Shown here piece by piece: positions 1 through 8,658 of a stretch of DNA of 64,000 nucleotides. A program made the translations under genes and the position numbers. Numbering within the stretch: the stretch's first letter is position 1; every line of letters begins with the position of its first letter. The stretch lies in the IMG/VR virus record IMGVR_UViG_3300036770_003135, positions 38,793 through 102,792 of that record, one strand, 5' to 3'. This stretch comes from a virus. The notes below the pieces were generated by a model. It had not been told where the DNA came from. It saw only the letters and a list, made by a program, of their open reading frames with translations, and made no database searches.

Positions 1-776
1 ACAAATTCTAAATATTGTTTCATTAGATTTGAGTTCATTCCGATTAGAGAAACTGGTAAAGATTCTGTGATAAATTCCTTTTCAATTTCCAAAGCTGACA
101 ATAGAATTTCTTTAATTCTTTTTTCACTTGGTTTATTTTCAACGTGATTATTCAATAAATGAATTGCGAAATCACAATGTAAGTTTTCATCTTTAAAAAT
201 CAATGAATTAGCATTACAAAGTCCTTGCATCACACCTCTTGATTTCAACCAAAAAATTGAACAAAATGAACCTGAGAAAAATATACCTTCAACAGCAGCA
301 AAAGCAACCAATCTTTCTTGAAAAGATGCTTTCTCAATCCAATCCAACGCCCATTTGGCTTTCTTTTGAACTGCGGGTAATCTATCAATAGCATTGAAAC
401 ACTCGTCTTTTTCTTTTGGATTTGATATGTAAGTATCAATTAATAAAGAATACATTAAAGAATGGATATTTTCCATCATTAATTGAAATCCGTAAAAGAA
501 TTTTGCTTCAGGGTATTGAACTTCCCTATAAAAGTTCTCAGCCAAGTTCTCATTGACAATTCCATCAGATGCTGCAAAGAATGACAATATGTTCTTAATG
601 AAATATTGTTCGTTCTCTGACAAGTTCTGCCACTCTCTGATATCACCAGTCAAGTCAACCTCTTCTGCAGTCCAAAATGCCGCTTGGTGTTGTTTATAGA
701 ATTCCCAAATATCATTGTATTGAATGGGGAATATCACAAAACGATTTGGGTTAATTGTTAAAATTCTTTCTTTCAT
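1..776 (-). CDS. nrdB: Ribonucleotide reductase class Ia beta (R2) subunit; 3' end runs off the window
   Basis: Missing from the ORF track; translated by hand from ATG at 776: [42 protein letters not shown]...[14 protein letters not shown]...ENIHSLMYS...[10 protein letters not shown]...DENLHCDFA, i.e. the di-iron ligands and radical Tyr motifs of R2. Confidence 0.95.
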   Translation of the reverse strand, partial: MKERILTINPNRFVIFPIQYNDIWEFYKQHQAAFWTAEEVDLTGDIREWQNLSENEQYFIKNILSFFAASDGIVNENLAENFYREVQYPEAKFFYGFQLMMENIHSLMYSLLIDTYISNPKEKDECFNAIDRLPAVQKKAKWALDWIEKASFQERLVAFAAVEGIFFSGSFCSIFWLKSRGVMQGLCNANSLIFKDENLHCDFAIHLLNNHVENKPSEKRIKEILLSALEIEKEFITESLPVSLIGMNSNLMKQYLEF

Positions 777-790
777 TTTTTAAATTAATT

Positions 791-1513
791 TTATAAATAT
801 TTCCATTTAAATCCACCACAATAGTTTCTAATACCCCTACAAACCATTGTAATATTTCCTTTATTTTTAATATTATTTTCTTTTGATGCAATCTCAAGAG
901 ATTCGTAAATTTCAATTACATTATCAGTTATAATATCAATTTTTGCTACACGCCTAACATTTTTGGCAATTTTATTTTTATACGGACTATTTTGACTTAT
1001 TTTCATTTTATGTTCATCTGAAAGTTTTTTACCTTTAAGTGATTCACTAATATTTTTTTTAGTATTTTCACTCCTTTTTTTTCCAAGACCTGAAATACCA
1101 ATTTTCTTTTTATGTTCATCACTAAGTTTCTTACCTTTCCAAAAATTATGTTTACCTAAGTTACTTTCAGAAATTTTTTTTCTAGTTTCTAAAGAAGGTA
1201 CATAATTTAAATTGGATTCACCACCATCTGACAAATTTAGTAATTTTTCATTTTTTCTATAAAATCTTATCCAAAAAATTTCTTTTTCTACCCATTCTTT
1301 ATCATCAGTTTCTTCAATCAAAACTACTTTAGGTTTTTTACCATCATCTAATAATTTTTTTATCCATAAATACAAAGGCCGTTTAACTTTTCTTTTACTC
1401 AAATAAATGTGTTGATTTAATCTTTCTTGAATTTTTTTCTTTGTTTTACCAACATACCTAATTAATTGGGGTTCTTCAGAATCGTAAATACCATAAATAA
1501 AAATTTTTTCCAT
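791..1513 (-). CDS. Free-standing GIY-YIG homing endonuclease with NUMOD3 repeats and a C-terminal NUMOD1-like domain
   Basis: IYGI...YVGKT...RLNQH...E...N nuclease motifs; repeated GKKLSDEHKKKI; C-terminal YESLEIASKE...CRG...GGFKWKY. Confidence 0.9.
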   Translation of the reverse strand: MEKIFIYGIYDSEEPQLIRYVGKTKKKIQERLNQHIYLSKRKVKRPLYLWIKKLLDDGKKPKVVLIEETDDKEWVEKEIFWIRFYRKNEKLLNLSDGGESNLNYVPSLETRKKISESNLGKHNFWKGKKLSDEHKKKIGISGLGKKRSENTKKNISESLKGKKLSDEHKMKISQNSPYKNKIAKNVRRVAKIDIITDNVIEIYESLEIASKENNIKNKGNITMVCRGIRNYCGGFKWKYL

Positions 1514-1516
1514 ATG

Positions 1517-1541
1517 ACTCTATTTTTTAAATAAATAGAGT
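1517..1541 (-). promoter_or_regulatory. Hairpin over the endonuclease translation-initiation region, with the putative late promoter in its 5' arm
   Basis: 9-bp inverted repeat ACTCTATTT-N7-AAATAGAGT ending 3 nt before the ATG; TATTTAT (minus strand) at 1531-1537. Confidence 0.6.
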
Positions 1542-1581
1542 GTTTTGTATTTTTAATATTACTAATTTACTTACATTTCCT

Positions 1582-2961
1582 TTAGTTATTTTGTTCTCTT
1601 TGTTTTCTTTTTTCTAATAAATCTTTAATTCTTTGTCTATTGTTTTCTTCTTTTTGTTCTTCGTGACCTAAGAATGTTACTGAAGATTCTGTATCAATTT
1701 CCAACATACTATTATCAAATTTACAATTTTCAAAGATAATACCATCATCCCCAATCCTTGATTTGGTAATAGCCATTGTGGCCAACTTCATTTCTTTTTG
1801 TTGAAGTGTTTTTGCTATAGATATAATTACGTGACCAACCTGAGCTTTTTTAATTGAACCACCCATTTGGTCTGTTGTTACAACCTCAGATGATATTGAA
1901 CTTCTATTACCCTGTGTTGCAGTCCAACCAACCAAATTAAGTTCGTGACACATTGCTTCAAATCCTCTCATTACCGAACCCTCTGATTTCCATTCATCAC
2001 CCAAGTTTTTCTCAGGGACAACACAATCGATATAATCTAATAAAACCATATCCACTTTTATACCATCGGCTATCTTCTTTCTAATAAGATTCTTGATTTG
2101 TGACATTGTCATTGTATCAGATGGAAGTTTCTCCAAGATAAGTTGATTTGTCATTTTATTTTCAATCTCCTTAACTTTAGATAAAACTTCTTCCTTTTTA
2201 TTAGACAAATCATCAGGATGGATTTTAGTCCACAATGTAAAATGTTTTCTTTGAATAACCTTGCGATTATCCTCAAAAAATATTTGAAGTACATTATAAC
2301 CCAAATTAAAAGCGTGGTTGGCAATCTTGGTTAGGATAGTTGATTTACCTACACCAGTTGGGGCTAATATAACCCCAATTTCACCTTTTGCCAAACCACC
2401 TTTTAAAAGTCTATCAATTCCTGGTATTCCCATTGGAATTGGATGTCTATAATCTTCATTTAAAACATCATCCAAATTGGAAAATACATTCAACATTCCG
2501 CTTTCAACAATTCCGACCTGAAGAGCTTCACGTATCATTTCTTCAAGAGTATCGTAATTCTCAAACTCACCACCATCAATTACTTTTTGTGCTTTAGTAA
2601 TCGCTTTTTGTAGTTCTTGTTGTTTGCAAAACTTTAATGCTTTTTCTTGAACAAACTCTCCACCAGATATTGGTGCTTCTTTGATTTTTCTAATTGTGTC
2701 AATAACAACTTTGGCAACATTTTCTTGTTGGAACTCCGATTTTGTTATTTGTTCTAAAGTTTCAAAAGAAGGTACACCATCCCATTTTTGACTATACTCT
2801 TTAATCATCTGAATGATGATTTTGAAGTACTTGTTATCAAAATAATTTGGTTCTATTACATCTACAATAGACCTAGAAAATTCTTTATCTAGTACAATTT
2901 GATTAAGAAGTTGTATCTGAAATGAGCTCCCTAAATAATCGAAATTTTTGTTAGATGACAT
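1582..2961 (-). CDS. Replicative DnaB-family (T4 gp41-like) helicase
   Basis: Walker A APTGVGKST, Walker B VLLDYID, TATQGNR, KSRIG. Confidence 0.92.
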   Translation of the reverse strand: MSSNKNFDYLGSSFQIQLLNQIVLDKEFSRSIVDVIEPNYFDNKYFKIIIQMIKEYSQKWDGVPSFETLEQITKSEFQQENVAKVVIDTIRKIKEAPISGGEFVQEKALKFCKQQELQKAITKAQKVIDGGEFENYDTLEEMIREALQVGIVESGMLNVFSNLDDVLNEDYRHPIPMGIPGIDRLLKGGLAKGEIGVILAPTGVGKSTILTKIANHAFNLGYNVLQIFFEDNRKVIQRKHFTLWTKIHPDDLSNKKEEVLSKVKEIENKMTNQLILEKLPSDTMTMSQIKNLIRKKIADGIKVDMVLLDYIDCVVPEKNLGDEWKSEGSVMRGFEAMCHELNLVGWTATQGNRSSISSEVVTTDQMGGSIKKAQVGHVIISIAKTLQQKEMKLATMAITKSRIGDDGIIFENCKFDNSMLEIDTESSVTFLGHEEQKEENNRQRIKDLLEKRKQREQNN

Positions 2962-2988
2962 ATGTTTGAATTGTTGTATGAATAAATA

Positions 2989-3444
2989 TTAGACTAGTGT
3001 GGTATATCCCAAATAATTAAATGTTAAATCTTTTTCGGACAAAATATCCGTTAAATCATATAAAACACCTTTGATTTGTTGACGAATATCCACAGTATAT
3101 CTGATTTTTGGGGGATATATCTTAGCATCAATTTTTCTATGACAGATTATTCTATCATTTTGTTTTATAAAAATGTTAAAATACTCAGGTCCTTCTACAA
3201 AGGAAGTATTAAGAATTGTTGGGTTGTTTGTGATGTCATATTGGTTTTCCAATAGATAACTCACTGATTTCATTTTTAACGAATAATTAAGATTTTCAAC
3301 CAACCCATTCATATATTCTAAAAATTCAATTGAATTCTTGGCTTTTGGATTGTAATCTCTTACATTGAAAAATCTTTGTACGATAATATTATCGTTTACC
3401 ATCATCAAGAATTCCAGTTTGGTTACATCATTTTGTTCTCTCAT
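2989..3444 (-). CDS. Hypothetical phage protein
   Basis: 151-aa ORF tightly packed in the replication operon. Confidence 0.8.
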   Translation of the reverse strand: MREQNDVTKLEFLMMVNDNIIVQRFFNVRDYNPKAKNSIEFLEYMNGLVENLNYSLKMKSVSYLLENQYDITNNPTILNTSFVEGPEYFNIFIKQNDRIICHRKIDAKIYPPKIRYTVDIRQQIKGVLYDLTDILSEKDLTFNYLGYTTLV

Positions 3445-3450
3445 TGTTAA

Positions 3451-4458
3451 TCATTTTTTTGTTTTAAAATTGTGTTTTTCTTTTCTTGTAAGTTTCAAAA
3501 ATGGTTTTAAAAAATTTACCCAAGCATCATCACCTTTTGGAAGAAATTTAAAGAACCCATCTTCCATCATCATCTTTATTAGATTTCTATGTCCTCTACC
3601 ATCAGGGTCTAATGTCTCCTTATAATAAAGTTCAACCATCTCTTTTCCTTCATCGTCAATTAATGGTTGGGACAAATCTACAATCTTTTTATTGATTTGA
3701 AAGAATTCATCACCATATATTCCTGTCTTTGTTTTTCCTGTTAAAAGGTTTTTAATGGTATTGTTTTCTTTGTCTTCTTTCAAAAGGTTTTCAGCCTTGG
3801 TTAAAATATCGTCAATTGTTACGTCTTGTTCAAGTAGTTCAGGAAAAAATTTAAATAAAGTTTTATCACCCAAATAATATATCCCATCAATATTATCTGA
3901 TTTATCACCACATAATACCTTGTATGTCAAAATATTATTATGTGGAATTGAATGTTCTTTTAATTTAATCTTATCCCCATTTTTATATAATTGTTTTGCA
4001 GATGGTGAATAAATTGATACATTTGGGGATATAAGTTGTGTTAAATCCTTATCAGATGAGAATATTGTAATTGATTCATCTGTTGCAATCTGACAATAAT
4101 AAGCAATTAAATCATCAGCTTCATTATTCTCAATATTAACTTGTCTAATAAACATTTCTTCCAAATATTGTTTAACCCTTTCCTTTTGATATGAGAAAGA
4201 TTCTTCTTTAAACACATTGGAATCAACTACCCTATTTTCTTTATATTGGGGATATATAATCTTTCTTTTACTTGAATTACCTTCACCATCCCAAAAAGCA
4301 ATTACTTTATCAAAATTGTATTCTTCAATAAACCTTTTGGTTGTATTTAAAAAGTGCCAAATACCCCCAATATGATTACCATTGTGGTAATATTCTTTAA
4401 CCCCATGAAATCCAATCTTCATTAGGTTATTACCATCAATTAATAATGTTTTTGTCAT
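3451..4458 (-). CDS. 5'-3' exonuclease / flap endonuclease (T4 RNase H-like)
   Basis: LLIDGNNL, YKENR, EADDLIA, SSDKDLTQL, GDKSDNIDGI motifs. Confidence 0.93.
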   Translation of the reverse strand: MTKTLLIDGNNLMKIGFHGVKEYYHNGNHIGGIWHFLNTTKRFIEEYNFDKVIAFWDGEGNSSKRKIIYPQYKENRVVDSNVFKEESFSYQKERVKQYLEEMFIRQVNIENNEADDLIAYYCQIATDESITIFSSDKDLTQLISPNVSIYSPSAKQLYKNGDKIKLKEHSIPHNNILTYKVLCGDKSDNIDGIYYLGDKTLFKFFPELLEQDVTIDDILTKAENLLKEDKENNTIKNLLTGKTKTGIYGDEFFQINKKIVDLSQPLIDDEGKEMVELYYKETLDPDGRGHRNLIKMMMEDGFFKFLPKGDDAWVNFLKPFLKLTRKEKHNFKTKK

Positions 4459-4467
4459 TAATTTTTT

Positions 4468-5475
4468 TTAAGGGTTAACAAAATTGTTTTCTTCTTTTTT
4501 GAATTCGGATGTGATGTATTCACCCAAAAATTCTGTAAATATTGCTTCCATCACAGGCACACATATTGAATTACCAGCCAAGGCAACGTGATTGTTTGTT
4601 GTTAGACTTGTTGATAATAATTTATCAATGTCTTCTTCTCTAACACCCATAAATCGATAACCTTCTCTACCAGTAATTGTTCTAATTCTACCATCCTCTG
4701 TCATAATTTGTGGTGAACCAGTTGTCGTTAAACAAGGTGAACAACCATCAATGGAATAGATACGTCTTGCTTGGTCATATTTAACATCGTTTCTACGTCC
4801 CACAAGTCTACACACACTATTTTTTTTAGGTTCGTTAGGTGTAACTTCACATTCAATAAATAAGTCCTCCACAATGTCATTTTCAATGAATGGTTTCATT
4901 GGTACTCTTTCTTTCCTATGTTTCTCAACTCCGTTCATTATTGATTCAACATCTTCATTTGTCATTCCAAAAACTGACATCATAAAGACTCTCTCCCTAT
5001 TTTGGGGACAACCATAGTCAGCACCATTTAAAACCCTCCAAGAACATCCATATCCCAACTCATTTAAGAATGATATATGAGCTTTAAAGTTATCTATATG
5101 GTTGTGAGATACCAAGTTTTTAACATTCTCCATCAAAAGATACTTTGGTTGATTCTTTGTTAAAATTCTCTCAACTTCATATAATAAACCACTTCTTGTG
5201 CCTTTTTGAATTCCTTTTTGAACTCCTGATATTGATATATCTTGACAAGGGAATGAGTAAGTCATTAGGTCACATTGGGGGTAATTGTCCTCGTTTACCG
5301 TAGAAATGTCCCCCAAGTTACCCAATGTTGTTGTATGTAATGAATCGTAAGCAATATTCGCGGTTTTGAGGATGTCACAATTTGCAACATTCTCAAAATC
5401 AACACCAATATATTTTAGTGCCAATTCTTGTGTCCCATAACCCGAAAATAGTGATATTACTTTTAACTTATTCAT
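4468..5475 (-). CDS. DNA (cytosine-5) methyltransferase, orphan
   Basis: Motif I SLFSGYG, IV SFPCQDIS, VI ENV, VIII QNRERVF, X AGNSI. Confidence 0.95.
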   Translation of the reverse strand: MNKLKVISLFSGYGTQELALKYIGVDFENVANCDILKTANIAYDSLHTTTLGNLGDISTVNEDNYPQCDLMTYSFPCQDISISGVQKGIQKGTRSGLLYEVERILTKNQPKYLLMENVKNLVSHNHIDNFKAHISFLNELGYGCSWRVLNGADYGCPQNRERVFMMSVFGMTNEDVESIMNGVEKHRKERVPMKPFIENDIVEDLFIECEVTPNEPKKNSVCRLVGRRNDVKYDQARRIYSIDGCSPCLTTTGSPQIMTEDGRIRTITGREGYRFMGVREEDIDKLLSTSLTTNNHVALAGNSICVPVMEAIFTEFLGEYITSEFKKEENNFVNP

Positions 5476-5481
5476 ATTTTT

Positions 5482-6489
5482 TTAATCTTCGTAAGAAATA
5501 TCATTTATTTCAGAAATACTTTCATCTAATGTAATTTCACCAGTACCACTTAGAATTGCATTCCAATATTGTGAATATTCTTTTTTATATTTCTCCAAAG
5601 CTTCTTTAGTATCCGAGATATATCCTTGAGGGACTGCAATTATTTTACCATCATTATAACCAAGTCCATTTACGTGATTCTTTATGATTGATATTTTTGT
5701 TCTAATTGCGTATCGAATAGTTCTACCATTTTTCGTTGCTGTAATGTGATTAATACCAGCCTTTTTTTGATTACCAAATAAGAAAACTAAAGATGATGCT
5801 AACCATAACGCCTCACCACCTTTTGCTTTAATTTCTGGTTGTCCAAAAGGATTATCAGGTAAATCAACCCAAGGTTGGTTAACTACTACCATAGTATTGT
5901 AATAAGGATAATCTTCTTTTTTTGATTTGGCAATCCTTGAGTGGATACCCATACCAATTTTATCGGCTAAAACTGATGCGTTGTGCATTTTACCACCTTT
6001 ACCTTCAAAAGTCATTTTACAAGGAATTGAGCCCACAGAGTCCCATAGGAATAATAAATTATATGGTAATTCTCCTTTTTCTTGAGCATCTATTAAATCA
6101 TTAACGTAATCAGTAGCTTGCTCAATATAATCAAAACTATCATTAAAAATAAAATCACCATCCCATTCACCTTCATCGTTTTGTACTGCGTTTAATCCTA
6201 ATTCAACTGCGTGACTCCAACTCCATTTCTTTTCAGTGATTATAAAAACGGGTAAATGTCCTTTTTTTTGTGCATCAACTCCACTAAGAATCATTGCAGT
6301 GGTTTTACTACTATTTGAGTGCCCCAAAAACATATTAATCCCTCCCATAATAGGACCTGGTAATCCACAAGCATCCATAAAAGCATCACCACAATTATAA
6401 TAACTTTCTGGTTTGTATTTTGTTTTAGTTGAAAACTTGGACTTTATTGAGTCCAAGCTTATCTCTTTTTTCTTAATTGCCATATTCAA
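5482..6489 (-). CDS. RecA/UvsX-like recombinase
   Basis: P-loop GHSNSSKTT, WDSVGS, VVNQPW, KGGEAL, KNH; located next to the SSB gene. Confidence 0.85.
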   Translation of the reverse strand: MNMAIKKKEISLDSIKSKFSTKTKYKPESYYNCGDAFMDACGLPGPIMGGINMFLGHSNSSKTTAMILSGVDAQKKGHLPVFIITEKKWSWSHAVELGLNAVQNDEGEWDGDFIFNDSFDYIEQATDYVNDLIDAQEKGELPYNLLFLWDSVGSIPCKMTFEGKGGKMHNASVLADKIGMGIHSRIAKSKKEDYPYYNTMVVVNQPWVDLPDNPFGQPEIKAKGGEALWLASSLVFLFGNQKKAGINHITATKNGRTIRYAIRTKISIIKNHVNGLGYNDGKIIAVPQGYISDTKEALEKYKKEYSQYWNAILSGTGEITLDESISEINDISYED

Positions 6490-6700
6490 TATTATTATAT
6501 TTAATAAATTCTTTTAATTTTTCAACTTTTAGAATAGTATTAGAAAATGTATTTAAATAAACATCAATTTCATTTAAATAATCTTCTTGTATTTCATCTG
6601 TTTGTTTTCTGAAAAACATCAATAATGTTTTTTCAGTTTCTAAAAGTTCAAGCTCATATTTTTCCATAAGAGCTGAATACAATTTTTCCGAATTATTCAT
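6473..6700 (-). CDS. Small hypothetical protein; likely start is MNNSEK at 6700
   Basis: The ORF-track start at 6721 lies inside the terminator hairpin. Confidence 0.6.
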   Translation of the reverse strand: MNNSEKLYSALMEKYELELLETEKTLLMFFRKQTDEIQEDYLNEIDVYLNTFSNTILKVEKLKEFIKYNNIEYGN

Positions 6701-6709
6701 AAAAGTGTT

Positions 6710-6736
6710 AAAAAACCCCATTGATTAATGGGGTTT
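6710..6736 (-). terminator. Intrinsic terminator after the SSB gene
   Basis: AAACCCCAT-N6-ATGGGGTTT stem followed by a T-run on the minus strand. Confidence 0.75.
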
Positions 6737-6751
6737 GATTAATAAATAATT

Positions 6752-7600
6752 TTAAAATGGTAAATCACCATCAACATCAAAGTCAGCTTGTGGGTCTTCA
6801 TAAGAAGAAGATTTACCACCAAATGATACTTCACCCACCTCAGAGTTTCCATACACATAACCACCCTTTTCACTATCCCATTTTGGTGTTTCACCTTTTG
6901 CAATAGCTTCCAAGTATTCAACTGGTTTTTTAGAATAAACATCAGCCCAAGTTAATTCATCATTTACCCAAGAGTCAGCCTTAGACTTATCAGAATGAAT
7001 TGGTGCTGGGTCATCATACATAATTGTTTGTATAACTGTGTATGTAGCACCTTTTGGTGTTTTGGCTTTGGTCATTTCAAGGATAATGTCTCTACCTTTT
7101 TCAGGGTCAGTTACATCACCTTTAGCACGGAAGATAGGAATTAGTTTGTCTAATATACCTTCGTTTTTGTAGTTATGTTTAAATCTCCAAAATTTTACAC
7201 CATCTTGTTCGTTGTCACGATCAATTAATTTAACGATGTAAAATTTACGAGGTTTATATTGTTTGGCAAGTTCTTTGTCAGCATCTTTACCAGTTGCCAT
7301 AAGTTCTTCATATACCTCAGAGAGTGGTGAACGTTCATTGTCGTTCTTTCCTGGGTCATAGAACTTTTGCCATTTACCATCAACTTGGATTTCGTGAAAC
7401 CACACTTCTTTAAAAGGAGAAGTACCATCGTTTGTTGGTAAAATTCTTAGTCTTTTTTGTCCTTGTTTTTCATTGTCTTTAAGAAGAGCTGCGAAGTATT
7501 TCTTCATTCTCTCATCTTGAGACATTTTGTTAGTGTTTGTACTTGATTTTTGTGATTGCTCGTACTGAGCCAAAATCGCATCTAAAGGATTTGTCGCCAT
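6752..7600 (-). CDS. Single-stranded DNA-binding protein (T4 gp32-like)
   Basis: LRILP...PFKEVWFH, GVKFWRF, DPEKGRDIIL and an acidic C-terminus ending DGDLPF. Confidence 0.85.
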   Translation of the reverse strand: MATNPLDAILAQYEQSQKSSTNTNKMSQDERMKKYFAALLKDNEKQGQKRLRILPTNDGTSPFKEVWFHEIQVDGKWQKFYDPGKNDNERSPLSEVYEELMATGKDADKELAKQYKPRKFYIVKLIDRDNEQDGVKFWRFKHNYKNEGILDKLIPIFRAKGDVTDPEKGRDIILEMTKAKTPKGATYTVIQTIMYDDPAPIHSDKSKADSWVNDELTWADVYSKKPVEYLEAIAKGETPKWDSEKGGYVYGNSEVGEVSFGGKSSSYEDPQADFDVDGDLPF

Positions 7601-7637
7601 GTTTTTTAAATTTTTAAATTAGAAAATATTATACACA

Positions 7638-7666
7638 ATAATAAGTGTCAGTCGTGAGTTTGTCAA
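7638..7666 (-). promoter_or_regulatory. Sigma70-like promoter of the SSB/recombination operon
   Basis: TTGACA-N17-TATTAT on the minus strand. Confidence 0.65.
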
Positions 7667-7677
7667 ATAAAGTTCTA

Positions 7678-8388
7678 TTATATTTTTTTGAATCCTAATA
7701 CATCATTTTCTGGAGTCATTTCATCATCACCAAAATCTCTAAAACTTCTTTTAATTTCGTTTGGTGAATAACTTTCAATTTCGTCAGATGTTAATACATA
7801 TTCATTTTTTCCTGATTTTTCCATTTCATCTTCTTTTTCATCAAAAAATTGTGATAACTTTTGATTGAAAGGTCCAGAATCTAAAGTCCTTAATTCTAAT
7901 TTTTCTTCAGGTGTTTTAACTCTATATTTTTCTATTTTTGTTTCAATTGAATTTAGTCTATCCATAATGTTATCCATTGCTGATAGTTTGTTTTCCAAAT
8001 CTGTTAAATGATTAAATAACGAATCAAAATATTGTTCTTGTTTCTCCTCAACAGATTTTTGACTTTTAACTAAATCAGTTACCTCAATTTCTTTTTTGTT
8101 TTCATCATCAATCTTTTGAACTTCTGGATCACTTTCAATATCAATTGGTTTAGCTTCTGTTGTTGACGCACCCTCAGTACCACTAGGAGGTGGTGGTGGA
8201 ACAGCCCCTATGTCAGTACCACTAGGAGGTGGTGGTGGAGCAGCCCCTATGTCAGTACCAGGAGGAGGAGGTGGTGTAGCCCCCATATCACCGCCTGGAG
8301 GAGGTGGTGGAACATCTTGTTCAAATAAATAATTATTAATTTCTTTGTATCTAAAAATTTCTTTTAAAATTTTTTTATCTATGTTCAT
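7678..8388 (-). CDS. Proline-rich, coiled-coil hypothetical protein; possible internal head or scaffold protein
   Basis: Leader ending LFEQ, four PPPPP repeats, coiled-coil C-terminal half. Confidence 0.75.
   Translation of the reverse strand: MNIDKKILKEIFRYKEINNYLFEQDVPPPPPGGDMGATPPPPPGTDIGAAPPPPPSGTDIGAVPPPPPSGTEGASTTEAKPIDIESDPEVQKIDDENKKEIEVTDLVKSQKSVEEKQEQYFDSLFNHLTDLENKLSAMDNIMDRLNSIETKIEKYRVKTPEEKLELRTLDSGPFNQKLSQFFDEKEDEMEKSGKNEYVLTSDEIESYSPNEIKRSFRDFGDDEMTPENDVLGFKKI
8174..8310. repeat. Tandem 36-39-bp repeats encoding PPPPP(S)GTDIGA
   Basis: Recurring cagcccctatgtcagtacc and ggaggtggtggtgga units. Confidence 0.85.
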
Positions 8389-8392
8389 TTTG

Positions 8393-8617
8393 TTATCCGT
8401 TTAAAAGTTGTTTTATTCCATTGGTTGTTTCAACCTGAATTTTTTTATTAGTTTTAATTGTATTATCTACCCTTTCAATTAAACCATCTTTCATTCTTAC
8501 AGTATAACATTCACCAGTTTGTAAGTCACAAACTTGTTTTGTTCCATCACCCATATCCTTTTCAGTCGTTTGAGTTTTTCTACCTAAGTAGTTTTCTAGT
8601 ATATTTTTAACTTCCAT
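8393..8617 (-). CDS. Small hypothetical protein
   Basis: 74-aa ORF with TATTTAT upstream (8630-8636). Confidence 0.75.
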   Translation of the reverse strand: MEVKNILENYLGRKTQTTEKDMGDGTKQVCDLQTGECYTVRMKDGLIERVDNTIKTNKKIQVETTNGIKQLLNG

Positions 8618-8658
8618 ATTTTTTTTATTATAAATATTACAATTCTGTTAATTGTTCA

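Noticed and set aside
777-1581. Group I intron around the GIY-YIG gene
   Set aside because: The flanking helicase and nrdB genes are intact, and the spacers (14 and 68 nt) are too short for intron core structure
3451-6489. Three consecutive ORFs of exactly 335 aa
   Set aside because: The proteins are unrelated, and the recombinase may start two codons later (MAIKK); this looks like coincidence
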